The notes: generated from the sequence alone by a model not told the origin. Counted from the stretch's first letter, positions 1 through 9,649 are shown. The stretch is 64,000 nt of DNA from Treponema sp. (GCA_009782955.1 WRIB01000002.1:1441-65440); one strand, 5' to 3'. Numbers and translations: made by a program.

Positions 1-345
1 TATGGTAACGCTGGTCAGTTTGTTATTTCGAAACGCACTGTTCCCAATGGAGGTAACACTGTCGGGGATGGTAACGCTAGTCAGGTTTTTCCCGGCGAAT
101 GATCCGCTCCATGTTTCAGTATTCCTATTATAAGTACTATCCCCAATATGGGTAACAGTCAATTGTTGTATTCGAGGCGGAATGTTCACGGTTTGGCTTG
201 TACCTGTGTATTCGGTAATAGTAACCGATGTACCGTCCCTATTCTGAGTTACTGTAAAATCGGTTTCAGGGGTGTACTGTTGGGTATACGCCGAAAATGT
301 CATCAAAAAAACGAAAGCAATGCCAATAATACATTTTCTGTTCAT
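1..345 (-). CDS. BspA-type leucine-rich-repeat (LRR) surface protein, N-terminal part; the gene runs off the left edge
   Basis: ATG is the reverse complement of cat at 343-345. The 148-345 segment is near-identical at nucleotide level to 1559-1756, the 5' end of the next LRR gene. The minus-strand translation of 1-140 reads ...FAGKNLTSVTIPDSVTSIGNSAFRNNKLTSVTI. Confidence 0.75.
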   Translation of the reverse strand, partial: MNRKCIIGIAFVFLMTFSAYTQQYTPETDFTVTQNRDGTSVTITEYTGTSQTVNIPPRIQQLTVTHIGDSTYNRNTETWSGSFAGKNLTSVTIPDSVTSIGNSAFRNNKLTSVTI

Positions 346-415
346 AAAATACTCCTTAATGTAAATTGTTCTATAAGAACGCCCTCTGCTTTAACCGCCA
401 TGGAAAGCGTGCCTT

Positions 416-1756
416 TTACCGTCTGCTCCACGTGTCGTTTCGGCAGATGTATGTCCCTGCCCTGCGTTCCTGTTCGGTATAGAAAACAATAAACCCATTA
501 AAAAATTTAGTATCATACGGATTAAAACTTCCAATTAAATCTACATTTACACCAATAGTAACAGTGGTTATTGGATTCTCACGAAACGCATTTTGCCCAA
601 TGTAAGTAACGCTGTTGGGAATGGTAATGCTGGTCAGTCGGTTATCGGAAAACGCACTGCGCCCGATGGAGGTAACGCTGTTGGGAATGGTAATGTTGGT
701 CAGCCGGTTGCCGGAAAACACCCCTTCCCCAATGGAGGTGACACCCTTACCAATGGTAACTTTCGTTAATTGGTTGCTTGCAAACGCACTGTCCCCAATT
801 GAGGTAACGCTGTTGGGAATGGTAATGCTGATCAATAGGTTGTTGTAAAATGCCATTTTTCCAATAGAGGTAACGCTGTTGGGAATGGTAATGCTGGTCA
901 GTCCGTTATTAAAAAACGCACTGTCTTCAATGGAGGTAACACTCTTACCAATGGTAACTTTGATTAATTGATTATTACTAAATGCCATTTGCCCAATAGA
1001 GGTAACACTGTTTGGAATGGTAATACTGCTCAGTTTGTTTTTGTAAAACGCAGCTTGCCCAATAGAGGTAACACTATTGCCAATGGTAGCTTTGGTTAAT
1101 TGGTTATCGGCAAACGCTTGGGCTCCAATGGAGGTAACACTCTTACCAATGGTAACAGTGGTCAATTGGTTGCCGGCAAACGCTTGGGCTCCAATGGAGG
1201 TAACACTATCAGGGATGATAATACTGGTTAATTTATTATTATTAAATGCCATTTGCCCAATAGAGATAACACTCTTACCAATGGTAACAGTGGTTAATTG
1301 GTTTCTGACAAACGCACTGTCCCCAATAGAAGTTACACTGTTACCAATGGTAACAGTGGTTAGTCGGTTGCCGGCAAACGTATTGTTCCCAATAGAGGTA
1401 ACACTGTTGGGTATGGTAATACTGGTCAGTTGGTTGTTGTAAAATGCCATTTGCCCAATAGAGGTAACACTGTTGGGGATAGTAACGCTGGTCAAGTTTT
1501 TCCCGGCGAATGATCCGATCCATGATCTAGTGCTGTTATCATAAGTAGCATCCCCAATATGGGTAACAGTCAATTGCTGTATTCGAGGCGGAATGTTCAC
1601 GGTTTGGCTTGTACCTGTGTATTCGGTAATAGTAACCGATGTACCATCACTATTCTGAATTACTGTAAGCTCACTTTCAGGGGTGTACTGTTGGGTATAC
1701 GCCGAAACGGCTGCCAAAATAACAAAAGCAATGCCAATAATACATTTTCTGTTCAC
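416..1756 (-). CDS. BspA-type LRR (LRR_5-like) secreted/surface protein, 446 aa
   Basis: GTG start. Signal-like N-terminus MNRKCIIGIAFVILAAVSA. About 14 tandem 23-aa units (LT.VTIPNSVTSIG..AF..N.L). The C-terminal motif GFIVFY...RRAGTY...W is shared with its neighbours. Confidence 0.85.
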   Translation of the reverse strand: MNRKCIIGIAFVILAAVSAYTQQYTPESELTVIQNSDGTSVTITEYTGTSQTVNIPPRIQQLTVTHIGDATYDNSTRSWIGSFAGKNLTSVTIPNSVTSIGQMAFYNNQLTSITIPNSVTSIGNNTFAGNRLTTVTIGNSVTSIGDSAFVRNQLTTVTIGKSVISIGQMAFNNNKLTSIIIPDSVTSIGAQAFAGNQLTTVTIGKSVTSIGAQAFADNQLTKATIGNSVTSIGQAAFYKNKLSSITIPNSVTSIGQMAFSNNQLIKVTIGKSVTSIEDSAFFNNGLTSITIPNSVTSIGKMAFYNNLLISITIPNSVTSIGDSAFASNQLTKVTIGKGVTSIGEGVFSGNRLTNITIPNSVTSIGRSAFSDNRLTSITIPNSVTYIGQNAFRENPITTVTIGVNVDLIGSFNPYDTKFFNGFIVFYTEQERRAGTYICRNDTWSRR

Positions 1757-1790
1757 AAAATGCTCCCTGGTTTTAAGTAATTGTTTACTG

Positions 1791-2987
1791 TTACCATTCC
1801 TCGTTCCATCCGCTTTTATGGTAGGCGTATGTCCCTGCCTTGCGTCCTTGTTTGGTGTAAAACACTATAAAACCATTAGGAAGCGGGGGAAACGGGGACC
1901 ATGGAGTACGATCATAAAAATCTATTGATTCAAATTGAACATTTGCCCCAATGGAAATACTGTTCAGTTGGTTTAATTGAAATGCACTTCTTCCAATCTT
2001 GGTAACGCTGTTTGGAATAGTAATGCTGGTTAACCGGTTACTGGCAAATGCCTCTGCCCCGATAGTTTCAACATTGGCGCCGATGGTAACGCTGGTCAGC
2101 CGGTTCTTATGAAATGCGCCGTCCGCAATAATTGTAACGCTATCAGGGATGGTAACGCTGGTTAGCCGGTTGTAGGCAAATGCCCCTCCCCCGATAGTTC
2201 TAACGTTGGCACCGATAGTAACACTGGTCAGCATGTTAGTATAAAACGCAGATCCATTAATTAGGGTAACGCTGTCAGGGATGGTAACGCTGGTTAACCG
2301 GTTATTGGCAAATGCCCCTATTCCGATAGTTCTAACGTTGGCGCCGATGGTAACGCTTTTCAGTTGGCTGTTGACAAACGCACCTTCCTCAATAGAGGTA
2401 ACGCTATCTGGAATGGTAACATTGGTTAGTCGGTTGTAGGCAAATACCCATACCCCAATAGAGGTAAGGCTGTCGGGGATGGTAACATTGGTTAGGCCGC
2501 TAAAATAAAACGCTTGAGTCCCAATAGATGTAACACTGTTGGGTATGGTAAGGCTGGTAATATTATTGGTCTGAAACGCATGAGCCCCGATAGAAGTAAC
2601 GCTATTGGGGAGAGTAAGGCTTTTCAGCCGGTTATGTTCAAATGCTTTTTCTCCGATCAGACTAACGTTGGCGCCGATGGTAACGCTGGTCAGCCGGTTA
2701 TAGGCAAATGCCTCTGCCCCAATGGCGATAACGCTGTCGGGGATAGTAACACTGGTAAGATATTTTTCCTTAAATGCCCTCTCTCCAATATGGGTAACGG
2801 GCAATTGGCGTATTTCAGGCGGAATTCTAACTGTCCCGATTATACCTGTATATCTGGTAATAATTACCCCTGTTCCGTCGTCAGTCCTGGTTACCTGGAA
2901 AGCGCTTTCAGGGGAGTACTGCTGGGTATACGCAAAAAAGACCGCTATTGTCAATAAGGTGATACCAAAAATAGTTTTTTTGTTCAT
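1791..2987 (-). CDS. BspA-type LRR secreted/surface protein, 398 aa
   Basis: Signal-like N-terminus MNKKTIFGITLLTIAVFFA. Repeated LTSVTIPDSVT.I...AF..NRL units. C-terminal NGFIVFYTKQGRKAGTY...W. Confidence 0.85.
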   Translation of the reverse strand: MNKKTIFGITLLTIAVFFAYTQQYSPESAFQVTRTDDGTGVIITRYTGIIGTVRIPPEIRQLPVTHIGERAFKEKYLTSVTIPDSVIAIGAEAFAYNRLTSVTIGANVSLIGEKAFEHNRLKSLTLPNSVTSIGAHAFQTNNITSLTIPNSVTSIGTQAFYFSGLTNVTIPDSLTSIGVWVFAYNRLTNVTIPDSVTSIEEGAFVNSQLKSVTIGANVRTIGIGAFANNRLTSVTIPDSVTLINGSAFYTNMLTSVTIGANVRTIGGGAFAYNRLTSVTIPDSVTIIADGAFHKNRLTSVTIGANVETIGAEAFASNRLTSITIPNSVTKIGRSAFQLNQLNSISIGANVQFESIDFYDRTPWSPFPPLPNGFIVFYTKQGRKAGTYAYHKSGWNEEW

Positions 2988-3071
2988 AAAACAATCTCCC
3001 TTTTCAAGTAATTGTATATTGTCATCAATAAATGATTATATCAGCCAATAGATTCAATTTCAAGATCGGAG

Positions 3072-3674
3072 TTATTCCGCCAGCATTTCGGTATAGTAGC
3101 GGCTTTCTATGTTTTCATTCCCGACACCTGCTTGTTCCAGTACTGCCAAAAGCCTGTCCCTGGCCAGGACTATGGTTGTGTCACTGGTATCATCAGCAAT
3201 AATTTCCAGTTCCAGAAACCACCCCAGGTTTTTTACTCTTCCCTGTTTTGCAGGGCTGTTTTTTTTAAAGCTTTTCTTTACCGAACCGCTTACCTCACAA
3301 AGCTCAATGGTAATTTCATTGTAATGCCAGGACCATCCCTGTTTATGCTTTACTGTTTGTTTTTCCAGACCCAGCAGTACAAGCAATTTTTCAAATTCCT
3401 TTCCGTTCGACACTTCCAGTTCATGTTCGTCGTTTACTTCAAGTTCACCCCGTTTTTGCTTGTTTTTCCAGGTAACCAGGGTTTTGGTACTTTTTTCTTT
3501 TGTCTCCTGCCTGACACGAGGGCCGGAAAAGTAATGCAGAACAGCGGGGGCAAACCAGTATGAGTCGTCTTTCGAAAAAGCTGTTCCTTCACCGGCAAGC
3601 ACATCGAGTGTTTTTTTACATGTGTTACTGTTGCCAACATGGGCCTTAAGTTCTATTTCGGCGGCTTTTGCCAT
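3072..3674 (-). CDS. CYTH-domain protein (CyaB/ThTPase-like triphosphate tunnel metalloenzyme)
   Basis: N-terminal EIELKA matches the ExExK CYTH signature. The size (200 aa) and the alternating acidic/basic beta-strand pattern (ELEV, FLELEI) fit the family. Confidence 0.7.
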   Translation of the reverse strand: MAKAAEIELKAHVGNSNTCKKTLDVLAGEGTAFSKDDSYWFAPAVLHYFSGPRVRQETKEKSTKTLVTWKNKQKRGELEVNDEHELEVSNGKEFEKLLVLLGLEKQTVKHKQGWSWHYNEITIELCEVSGSVKKSFKKNSPAKQGRVKNLGWFLELEIIADDTSDTTIVLARDRLLAVLEQAGVGNENIESRYYTEMLAE

Positions 3675-3857
3675 GTTTCCAGCATATCAAAAAATGGGGA
3701 GTATCGCCACGCACCCGCAATAACCGGGCTGAAGGCAGTAATCATCACATTGGTTACCATTTGTTAACATTTATTGTAGACGCTTCCTGGCAAACACGGT
3801 ATACTACCAACAGAGGTTTGTATAAGCCGCAAAAAATTAGACATAAGGAAAAAACCC

Positions 3858-5237
3858 ATGATAAACTTAAAAGCCGTTTGCTTTAATGCCTACATTAGAA
3901 GAAACTTTTCACTTTTAACGCTCATTTTAGCCCTAACCCTCTGTTTTACTGCCTGCGGCGGCTCCTCTGGCAAAACATACAGCTCCATCGAAACCGTCTC
4001 AAAATACCTTTCAAAAACAAAAAACGGCGCAAGTGCAGACAATCCCGCACCGCTTTCGGTAAAAATTGATTTACAGAATACGACCGCGGACGCAAGCGGA
4101 TGGAAGCAGTTGCTCAACGCGATTGATACTGCGGGCAAATATGTCATACTGGATATATCCGCCTGTACCATGCCCAATGCCGAATTTAACCCCGACCCCG
4201 AATTTTCCGCAGGTAAAAAATTTATCGTGTCCATGGTTTTGCCCAATATCGCAAGAAGTATAGCGTCAAGAATAGCGGGAAATTCCACTTTTCAACACTT
4301 TGTAAACTTGACTGACATTCCCACAGGCAAGAACCTTGCTGACATTGGGGATTACGCATTTTGTGAGTTGGGACTTACCAGCATTACCATCCCCGATAGT
4401 GTTACCGAGATTGGAGTCGGGGCATTTTCAGGTAATCAACTGACCAGCGTTACCATCGGCAGCGGCGTTACTTCCATTGGGGACGGTGCGTTTAACGGCA
4501 ACCAACTGACCACCGTTACCATTCCTGACAACGTTACTTCCATTGGGAACAATGCGTTTTCCAACAACCAATTGACCAGCGTTACCATCCCCGATAGTGT
4601 TACCGAGATTGGAGGCGGGACATTTTCAGGTAATCAACTGACCAGCATTACCATCCCAGACAGTGTTACTTCCATTGGGAACAGTGCGTTTTCCTCCAAC
4701 CAATTGACCGGTGTTACTATCCCCGACAGCGTTACCTTCATTGGAGGTGGTGCGTTTTACAACAACCCAATAAACCGCATTACCATTGGGTCAAATGTAA
4801 CGTTCGAGGATAGATATTATTCGTTTGTTGGTTATTTTGATAACGCATACAACAACGGCGGTAAACGTGCAGGCACCTACACACGGCCCAATACCAATAG
4901 CAGTACCTGGACAAGAGGGTCCGGTTCTTCCGGTGATACTGTTACCGAAACGTCAACGGGTTCAACGGATACTGGTTCTACTCTTTCTGCCTTTGTTGGA
5001 ACATGGAAAAGAGCCGAATTCGATAACATCTTAACCATTAACAGAAATTCCATAACTATTAGTTCCCGTACTCACACCTGGGAGCTTTTGGGTGTATCCG
5101 GAGATTCATATACGCTGAAGCGTCCCGGCGCCGAAGAGATGACCATTACCATAAGATCAACAAACGGCAGGATGGTTATTTCCGGCGATACCGGCGCCGG
5201 ACAGGAAAATTGGAACGGTACCTGGATTAAACAATGA
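3858..5237 (+). CDS. LRR lipoprotein with an extra C-terminal lipocalin-like module, 459 aa
   Basis: Lipobox LTLCFTAC-GG. Central LTSVTIPDSVT.IG..AF..NQL repeats. GKRAGTY...W motif followed by a roughly 95-aa tail beginning FVGTWKR. AAGGA Shine-Dalgarno (SD) sequence upstream. Confidence 0.85.
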   Translation: MINLKAVCFNAYIRRNFSLLTLILALTLCFTACGGSSGKTYSSIETVSKYLSKTKNGASADNPAPLSVKIDLQNTTADASGWKQLLNAIDTAGKYVILDISACTMPNAEFNPDPEFSAGKKFIVSMVLPNIARSIASRIAGNSTFQHFVNLTDIPTGKNLADIGDYAFCELGLTSITIPDSVTEIGVGAFSGNQLTSVTIGSGVTSIGDGAFNGNQLTTVTIPDNVTSIGNNAFSNNQLTSVTIPDSVTEIGGGTFSGNQLTSITIPDSVTSIGNSAFSSNQLTGVTIPDSVTFIGGGAFYNNPINRITIGSNVTFEDRYYSFVGYFDNAYNNGGKRAGTYTRPNTNSSTWTRGSGSSGDTVTETSTGSTDTGSTLSAFVGTWKRAEFDNILTINRNSITISSRTHTWELLGVSGDSYTLKRPGAEEMTITIRSTNGRMVISGDTGAGQENWNGTWIKQ

Positions 5238-5455
5238 GGCTCCCCGCGGCAAGCCGCGGGGTATCTGTAAGCGTTGCAATATTCGCCAGGGAGCCTCGAT
5301 CGATAGGAAGTTTATTATACCGTCTGGTTTAATACCATAAACGCTTATATTTTGATTCATTTCAGCCGCCGCAAGCAGCGGGGTATTAAACCAGACTTTC
5401 GAATAAGGCTCCCCGCTGCAAGGCAGCTGCTTTGCAGCATTGGAAAGCAGCTGCC
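5236..5455. repeat. Cluster of GC-rich hairpins, REP-like structured element (copy 1 of the family also seen at 42620-42740)
   Basis: Hairpin CCCCGCGG-caag-CCGCGGGG at 5242-5261. A perfect 14-bp inverted repeat TCTGGTTTAATACC (5323-5336) / GGTATTAAACCAGA (5382-5395). A perfect 12-bp stem GGCAGCTGCTTT (5422-5433) / AAAGCAGCTGCC (5444-5455). Confidence 0.7.
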
Positions 5456-5603
5456 TGGATACAATAATTTACCTAATACTCGCCAGCCATAAGAAGCATT
5501 ATCCCTATTAATTGATTATGGATTCAAGGCATTAAATTTTCATAATATCCTCGCAGGAATGGCAGCGTTCGCTCTGCTCATTGAAAGTGGCCAGGGAAAA
5601 GTC

Positions 5604-6197
5604 TCAGATAGCCGAAAACATCGCCTTGACGGCATAGAATATCATTAACGCGCCAATAACCAGCTTGATTCCCGTACCCACAATAAAAGCAAGCAGTGCA
5701 CCAAATGCAACCTTTAATGCCTTAATATAACCGGAACTAATCGTATCGGCGGGGTTGTTGGTATCATTGATTTCGCTGTTCCGGGTTTGAAAATGATAAT
5801 TTATTAACTCTCCGGCAAATGCTCCCAGGAACGGTCCGATTAATAGCCCTGTCGGAGCGAAAAAGATAATGCCTGTTATAAGTCCCAGAACTGAACCGAT
5901 TACAGCTGCACGGGAGCCGCCGAACCGTTTTGTCATTAAGGCCGGAAGAATGTAATCTATAATGGTTACGGCTATTATTATTGCCGCCCACAACAGCAAA
6001 AAAGCGGAACTAAAACCACCGTGTCCGCTCCATTGCAGCAACAGCAGTCCCGCAAAACCCAGGGGAGGTCCAGGTATTACCGGAACAATCGAACCCAAAA
6101 GTCCGGCCAATAGAAAGAGAAAAGCTAATATAACCAGTAGTGTACTCATAATAATTATTACAATAACTGAAATATTATATATCTTCAAAGCATGCAA
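5604..6197 (-). CDS. DUF456-family small membrane protein
   Basis: Multi-pass hydrophobic protein with LLGSIVPVIPGPPLGFAG, which I recall as typical of DUF456. The true start may be the internal Met at 6149 (MSTLLVILAF...). Confidence 0.6.
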   Translation of the reverse strand: MHALKIYNISVIVIIIMSTLLVILAFLFLLAGLLGSIVPVIPGPPLGFAGLLLLQWSGHGGFSSAFLLLWAAIIIAVTIIDYILPALMTKRFGGSRAAVIGSVLGLITGIIFFAPTGLLIGPFLGAFAGELINYHFQTRNSEINDTNNPADTISSGYIKALKVAFGALLAFIVGTGIKLVIGALMIFYAVKAMFSAI

Positions 6198-6225
6198 CGC
6201 TTACAGATATGTAACAGCTTGCCGT

Positions 6226-8730
6226 TTACTTCAACACTACTTCCGTTCTGCCAAAACCGCCAAGCTCCGGCCGGGAAAAATAAAAATCTGTTACAGCAGG
6301 ATCATTACGTAAATAGTCCTGGACTCCCTTTTGTAAAATGCCGTCTCCTTTGCCGTGAACAACGGAAAATTCCCGTAAACCGGCCAGTACTGCTACATCG
6401 ATCTGGCGGCGAAGGGTATCCAAGGCTTCTTCCAGCCTCATTCCCAGCAGATTTATTTCCAGCTTTGGCCCTGTCTCTGTTTGGGCAAGTTCTGTTGTCC
6501 ATCCTACTGTTTTGGGACTTGATTGATTTGTATTTTTGACAGGAAACAATTCGCTTTCAGAAAAACTCATCCGCACAGAACCGGTTTCTACAATCCAGGC
6601 GGCTGTTTTTTTATTATCACGCCGAATTACAGTGCCTTTTTGACGGGAATTGCCGGCAAGGACTTCCGTACCGGGAACAATAACTGCACCAGGCGGAGTG
6701 CGTACCAAACCGTCAGATTCAGTTTTTATTTCCGCAGCCATTTCCATAAGCGACAATTCTTCCGCCTCCAGGGCGGCGCCCATTGCTGCAGAACGGGTTT
6801 CCAGATCGCGGATAAAATCTTTAACCTTTACGGTTTTTTCCCGGGTAAGTTCACCTTCACGAATCTCTCTGACCAGATTTTCAAGACCCTTTCTGCTTTC
6901 CGAAAGAAAACGCCGGAATTCGGAAGCTCCTTCCTGTCTTAAAAAATGTTCTTTTTGACGAAGGGAAAGGGCTTTTAAATCGGCCTCGCGGCGATCTTCA
7001 CGAAGCCGCTTTTCTTCTTTTTTCGCCGAACGGGATGCATTGTCCAGCTCCCGGTGTTTTTCTTTAAGTCCGGCAATCAGGGCAGAAACATCAGAACGTT
7101 CATCATCAAGATAGCTGCGGGCCTTTTCTATCAACACAGGGGGAAAACCGTTTTGGGCGGCAATGTCCACCGCTCTGCTTTCGCCGGGAATGCCCATGAT
7201 AATACGGTAGGTTGGCGAAAGAGTACGGCGGTCAAATTCAACCGATGCGTTTTCCACCCCTTCACGGCTGTAGCCGTAATTCTTTAACATACCGTGATGA
7301 GTTGTCAGCACCACCGTACTTTTTGTTTCGATAAAGTGATCAAGAATAGACATGGCAATTGCACTGCCTTCTTCCGGATCGGTTCCAGCGCCAAGTTCAT
7401 CAAGCAGTACAAGGGATTGTTCTGTCGCCTCTTCGATAATTCCCGCTATATTGGTCATGTGGGCGGAAAAAGTTGAAAGCGATTGGCTTAAGGATTGTTC
7501 ATCGCCAATGTCAGCATAAACTGCATCAAAAATTGGAAGTACTGCATCCGCCGCAGGAAGCGCAAGGCCTGCCTGGTTCATTAATGCAAAAAGACCTATG
7601 GTTTTAAGTGTTACCGTCTTGCCCCCCGTATTGGGACCGGTGATAATCACCATCCGTGTATTACAATCAAGTTCCAGATCAATGGGAACAGCGCTTTTTC
7701 CCAACAGGGGATGATGCGCCTGTCTTAATGCAAGTACTGTGGATTTTTCATGTCCTGCCGGTTCTTCTGCAAAACAGCATCCGCGCCTCATTTCCAGAGA
7801 ATACCGTGCTCTGGCCCGAAGGCTTTCCAGGTTAATAATAATCCGGTGGAATTCTTCTATCTCAAAACGGTGTTCTGCAAGTGTGTTTGTCAGATCCCGA
7901 AGGAGCCGGCGTATTTCCGCTTCCAGGTTTGCCTTTTCGATAAGAATTTGATTGTTCTTTTCTACCGATTCTTCGGGCTCAACAAAAATTGTCTGGCCTG
8001 TGTCGGATACTTCATGGACTATTCCTTTAATACGGCCCTTGAAATTTGCCTTAACCGCAAGAACCAGCCTTCCGTCCCGTTGAGACGGAAGACCTGATTG
8101 CAGCATTCGCCGGGTATTTTCGTCCGAACCAAAGCGTGATGCAACTTGTTCAAGGTCTTTGCCAAGATCCTGAATACGGCGGCGTATCTTTTTGATTTCA
8201 GGCAGATCCCGCACCGATCCGTCTTTGTCGATAATACGGAAAATTGCCGCCGTTAATTGAGAACAATCCGGCGCTGATTCCGCAAGCTCCCTTAGTGCAA
8301 TTGTATTTTCGTTTTCCTGCTCTGTTCCATTAAGAATAAAACGCCGCAACTCTTCACCCCGTTCAAGAAAAAGTCCCATGGCCAGAGCTTCGTCGGCATC
8401 AAGTACACTGCCTTCTACCGCAAAGCGCGGTAGCAAAAAACCTGTTTCGGGAAATTCCTGCCTTTTTTCTCCGTCGTTGTTTTTAATTAACTCACAGAAC
8501 GACGAAACGAGTTTTTTTCGTATCCTTACCTTTGCCGGATCGAAAAGCGGAATTTCTTCGCAGATAATCCGGGCAGCTTCGGCGCTGAGGGCGCAGTTGG
8601 CAACAGCGTCTTTTATACGGTCAAATTCCAAAAGGCCAATCGTTTTTGTCATATGGGGTGATACATATTGCGATACACCATCCGGTATATTTTCCTGTCT
8701 GTCTTTAGATTGAGGCAAGTTCATCTCCAA
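6226..8730 (-). CDS. mutS2: Endonuclease MutS2 (MutS domain V ATPase plus C-terminal Smr domain)
   Basis: Walker A GPNTGGKTVTLKT. LLDELGAGTDPEEG. C-terminal Smr block INLLGMRLEEALDTL...VVHGKGDGIL. The alternative start at 8652 (MTKTIGLLEFDRIK) would remove the overlap with rsgA. Confidence 0.93.
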   Translation of the reverse strand: MEMNLPQSKDRQENIPDGVSQYVSPHMTKTIGLLEFDRIKDAVANCALSAEAARIICEEIPLFDPAKVRIRKKLVSSFCELIKNNDGEKRQEFPETGFLLPRFAVEGSVLDADEALAMGLFLERGEELRRFILNGTEQENENTIALRELAESAPDCSQLTAAIFRIIDKDGSVRDLPEIKKIRRRIQDLGKDLEQVASRFGSDENTRRMLQSGLPSQRDGRLVLAVKANFKGRIKGIVHEVSDTGQTIFVEPEESVEKNNQILIEKANLEAEIRRLLRDLTNTLAEHRFEIEEFHRIIINLESLRARARYSLEMRRGCCFAEEPAGHEKSTVLALRQAHHPLLGKSAVPIDLELDCNTRMVIITGPNTGGKTVTLKTIGLFALMNQAGLALPAADAVLPIFDAVYADIGDEQSLSQSLSTFSAHMTNIAGIIEEATEQSLVLLDELGAGTDPEEGSAIAMSILDHFIETKSTVVLTTHHGMLKNYGYSREGVENASVEFDRRTLSPTYRIIMGIPGESRAVDIAAQNGFPPVLIEKARSYLDDERSDVSALIAGLKEKHRELDNASRSAKKEEKRLREDRREADLKALSLRQKEHFLRQEGASEFRRFLSESRKGLENLVREIREGELTREKTVKVKDFIRDLETRSAAMGAALEAEELSLMEMAAEIKTESDGLVRTPPGAVIVPGTEVLAGNSRQKGTVIRRDNKKTAAWIVETGSVRMSFSESELFPVKNTNQSSPKTVGWTTELAQTETGPKLEINLLGMRLEEALDTLRRQIDVAVLAGLREFSVVHGKGDGILQKGVQDYLRNDPAVTDFYFSRPELGGFGRTEVVLK

Positions 8731-9649
8731 TACGTAAAAAGCTTTCGTAACGGTCTTTGTGAATTATTCCGTTTCCGGCTGCTTCGAGAATTTTACAGCC
8801 CGGTTCGCTGCGGTGAGAACAGGAAAGGCCAAATGCGCAGTGTCCGGAAAATTCTGCAAATTCCTTCATATAAAGACACAAATCTTCTGCCTTAACGCCA
8901 TCGGGAACCATACGTCTGATTCCCGGTGTGTCGATCAGAAAGGTTTTCTCTCCAGGCAACGGCAGTTTAATCATAACCGATATGGAAGTAGTATGGTTCC
9001 CGCGATTAAACTTTTCGTTGACTTTTCCGGTTTTCATGGAAAGCCCCGGAGAAAGAGAATTGACAAGGCTTGTCTTTCCGACCCCCGATTGGCCCATAAG
9101 GGCAGAAGTTTTTCCAGTCATTAGTAAGCGCAATTCATCCATACCAAGACCGGTTTTTACCGAAATATAAAGTACGTTATATCCAATACGCCGGTAATCA
9201 GAAAAACGTTCTTCTGTTTCATGGTCTCCGTCAAACAAATCCCATTTATTGCACAGTATTACCGGCGTAATACCGGAAGCTTCAGCCTGAACGAGCAACC
9301 GGTCAAGAAAGCGTGGCCGAAAAGGTGGTGAAGCAGGGCTTGTCATACAAAGCGCAAGGTCTATATTTGCGGCGAGTATCTGGGACTTTTGTCCTTTTTG
9401 ATTAAACCGGGTCAGCATGTTTCGCCGTTCTTCTGCTGATATTATAAGCCCTTTATCAGAGTGATGAGGATTTATTTCAACAGTAACCCTGTCTCCAGGA
9501 GCCAAAGGATTGTAATAATCATCCATACCCTTCAGGATTTTACCTTTGATCCGGCACTCCAGGGTTGTATCTTTTCCGGCAGGAACCACAGTAAAAATAT
9601 TCCGGGAACCCTGCAGTACAAGCGCATTAAAAACAACCTCGCCGTTCAT
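8705..9649 (-). CDS. rsgA: Ribosome small-subunit-dependent GTPase A
   Basis: Circularly permuted GTPase motifs NKWDL then GQSGVGKTSLVN. C-terminal zinc knuckle C.FGLSCSHRSEPGC. Confidence 0.92.
   Translation of the reverse strand: MNGEVVFNALVLQGSRNIFTVVPAGKDTTLECRIKGKILKGMDDYYNPLAPGDRVTVEINPHHSDKGLIISAEERRNMLTRFNQKGQKSQILAANIDLALCMTSPASPPFRPRFLDRLLVQAEASGITPVILCNKWDLFDGDHETEERFSDYRRIGYNVLYISVKTGLGMDELRLLMTGKTSALMGQSGVGKTSLVNSLSPGLSMKTGKVNEKFNRGNHTTSISVMIKLPLPGEKTFLIDTPGIRRMVPDGVKAEDLCLYMKEFAEFSGHCAFGLSCSHRSEPGCKILEAAGNGIIHKDRYESFLRIGDELASI

Noticed and set aside
148-3051. Plus-strand ORFs inside the LRR genes (148-492, 615-848, 1077-1442, 1559-1780, 1683-1928, 2514-2957, 2722-3051)
   Set aside because: They are mirror images of the periodic LRR coding repeats. 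Their translations are themselves periodic low-complexity strings (MEVTLLGMV...). They have no SD sequences and fully overlap much better minus-strand genes.
5236-5400. A mini-CRISPR interpretation of the paired ATACCCCG(C/T)-hairpin repeats (here and at 42627-42740)
   Set aside because: There are only two repeat units per locus. The units are not identical in length or sequence, the spacing differs between loci, there are no cas genes in the window, and each unit is embedded in a larger conserved architecture. A REP/sRNA-like element fits better.
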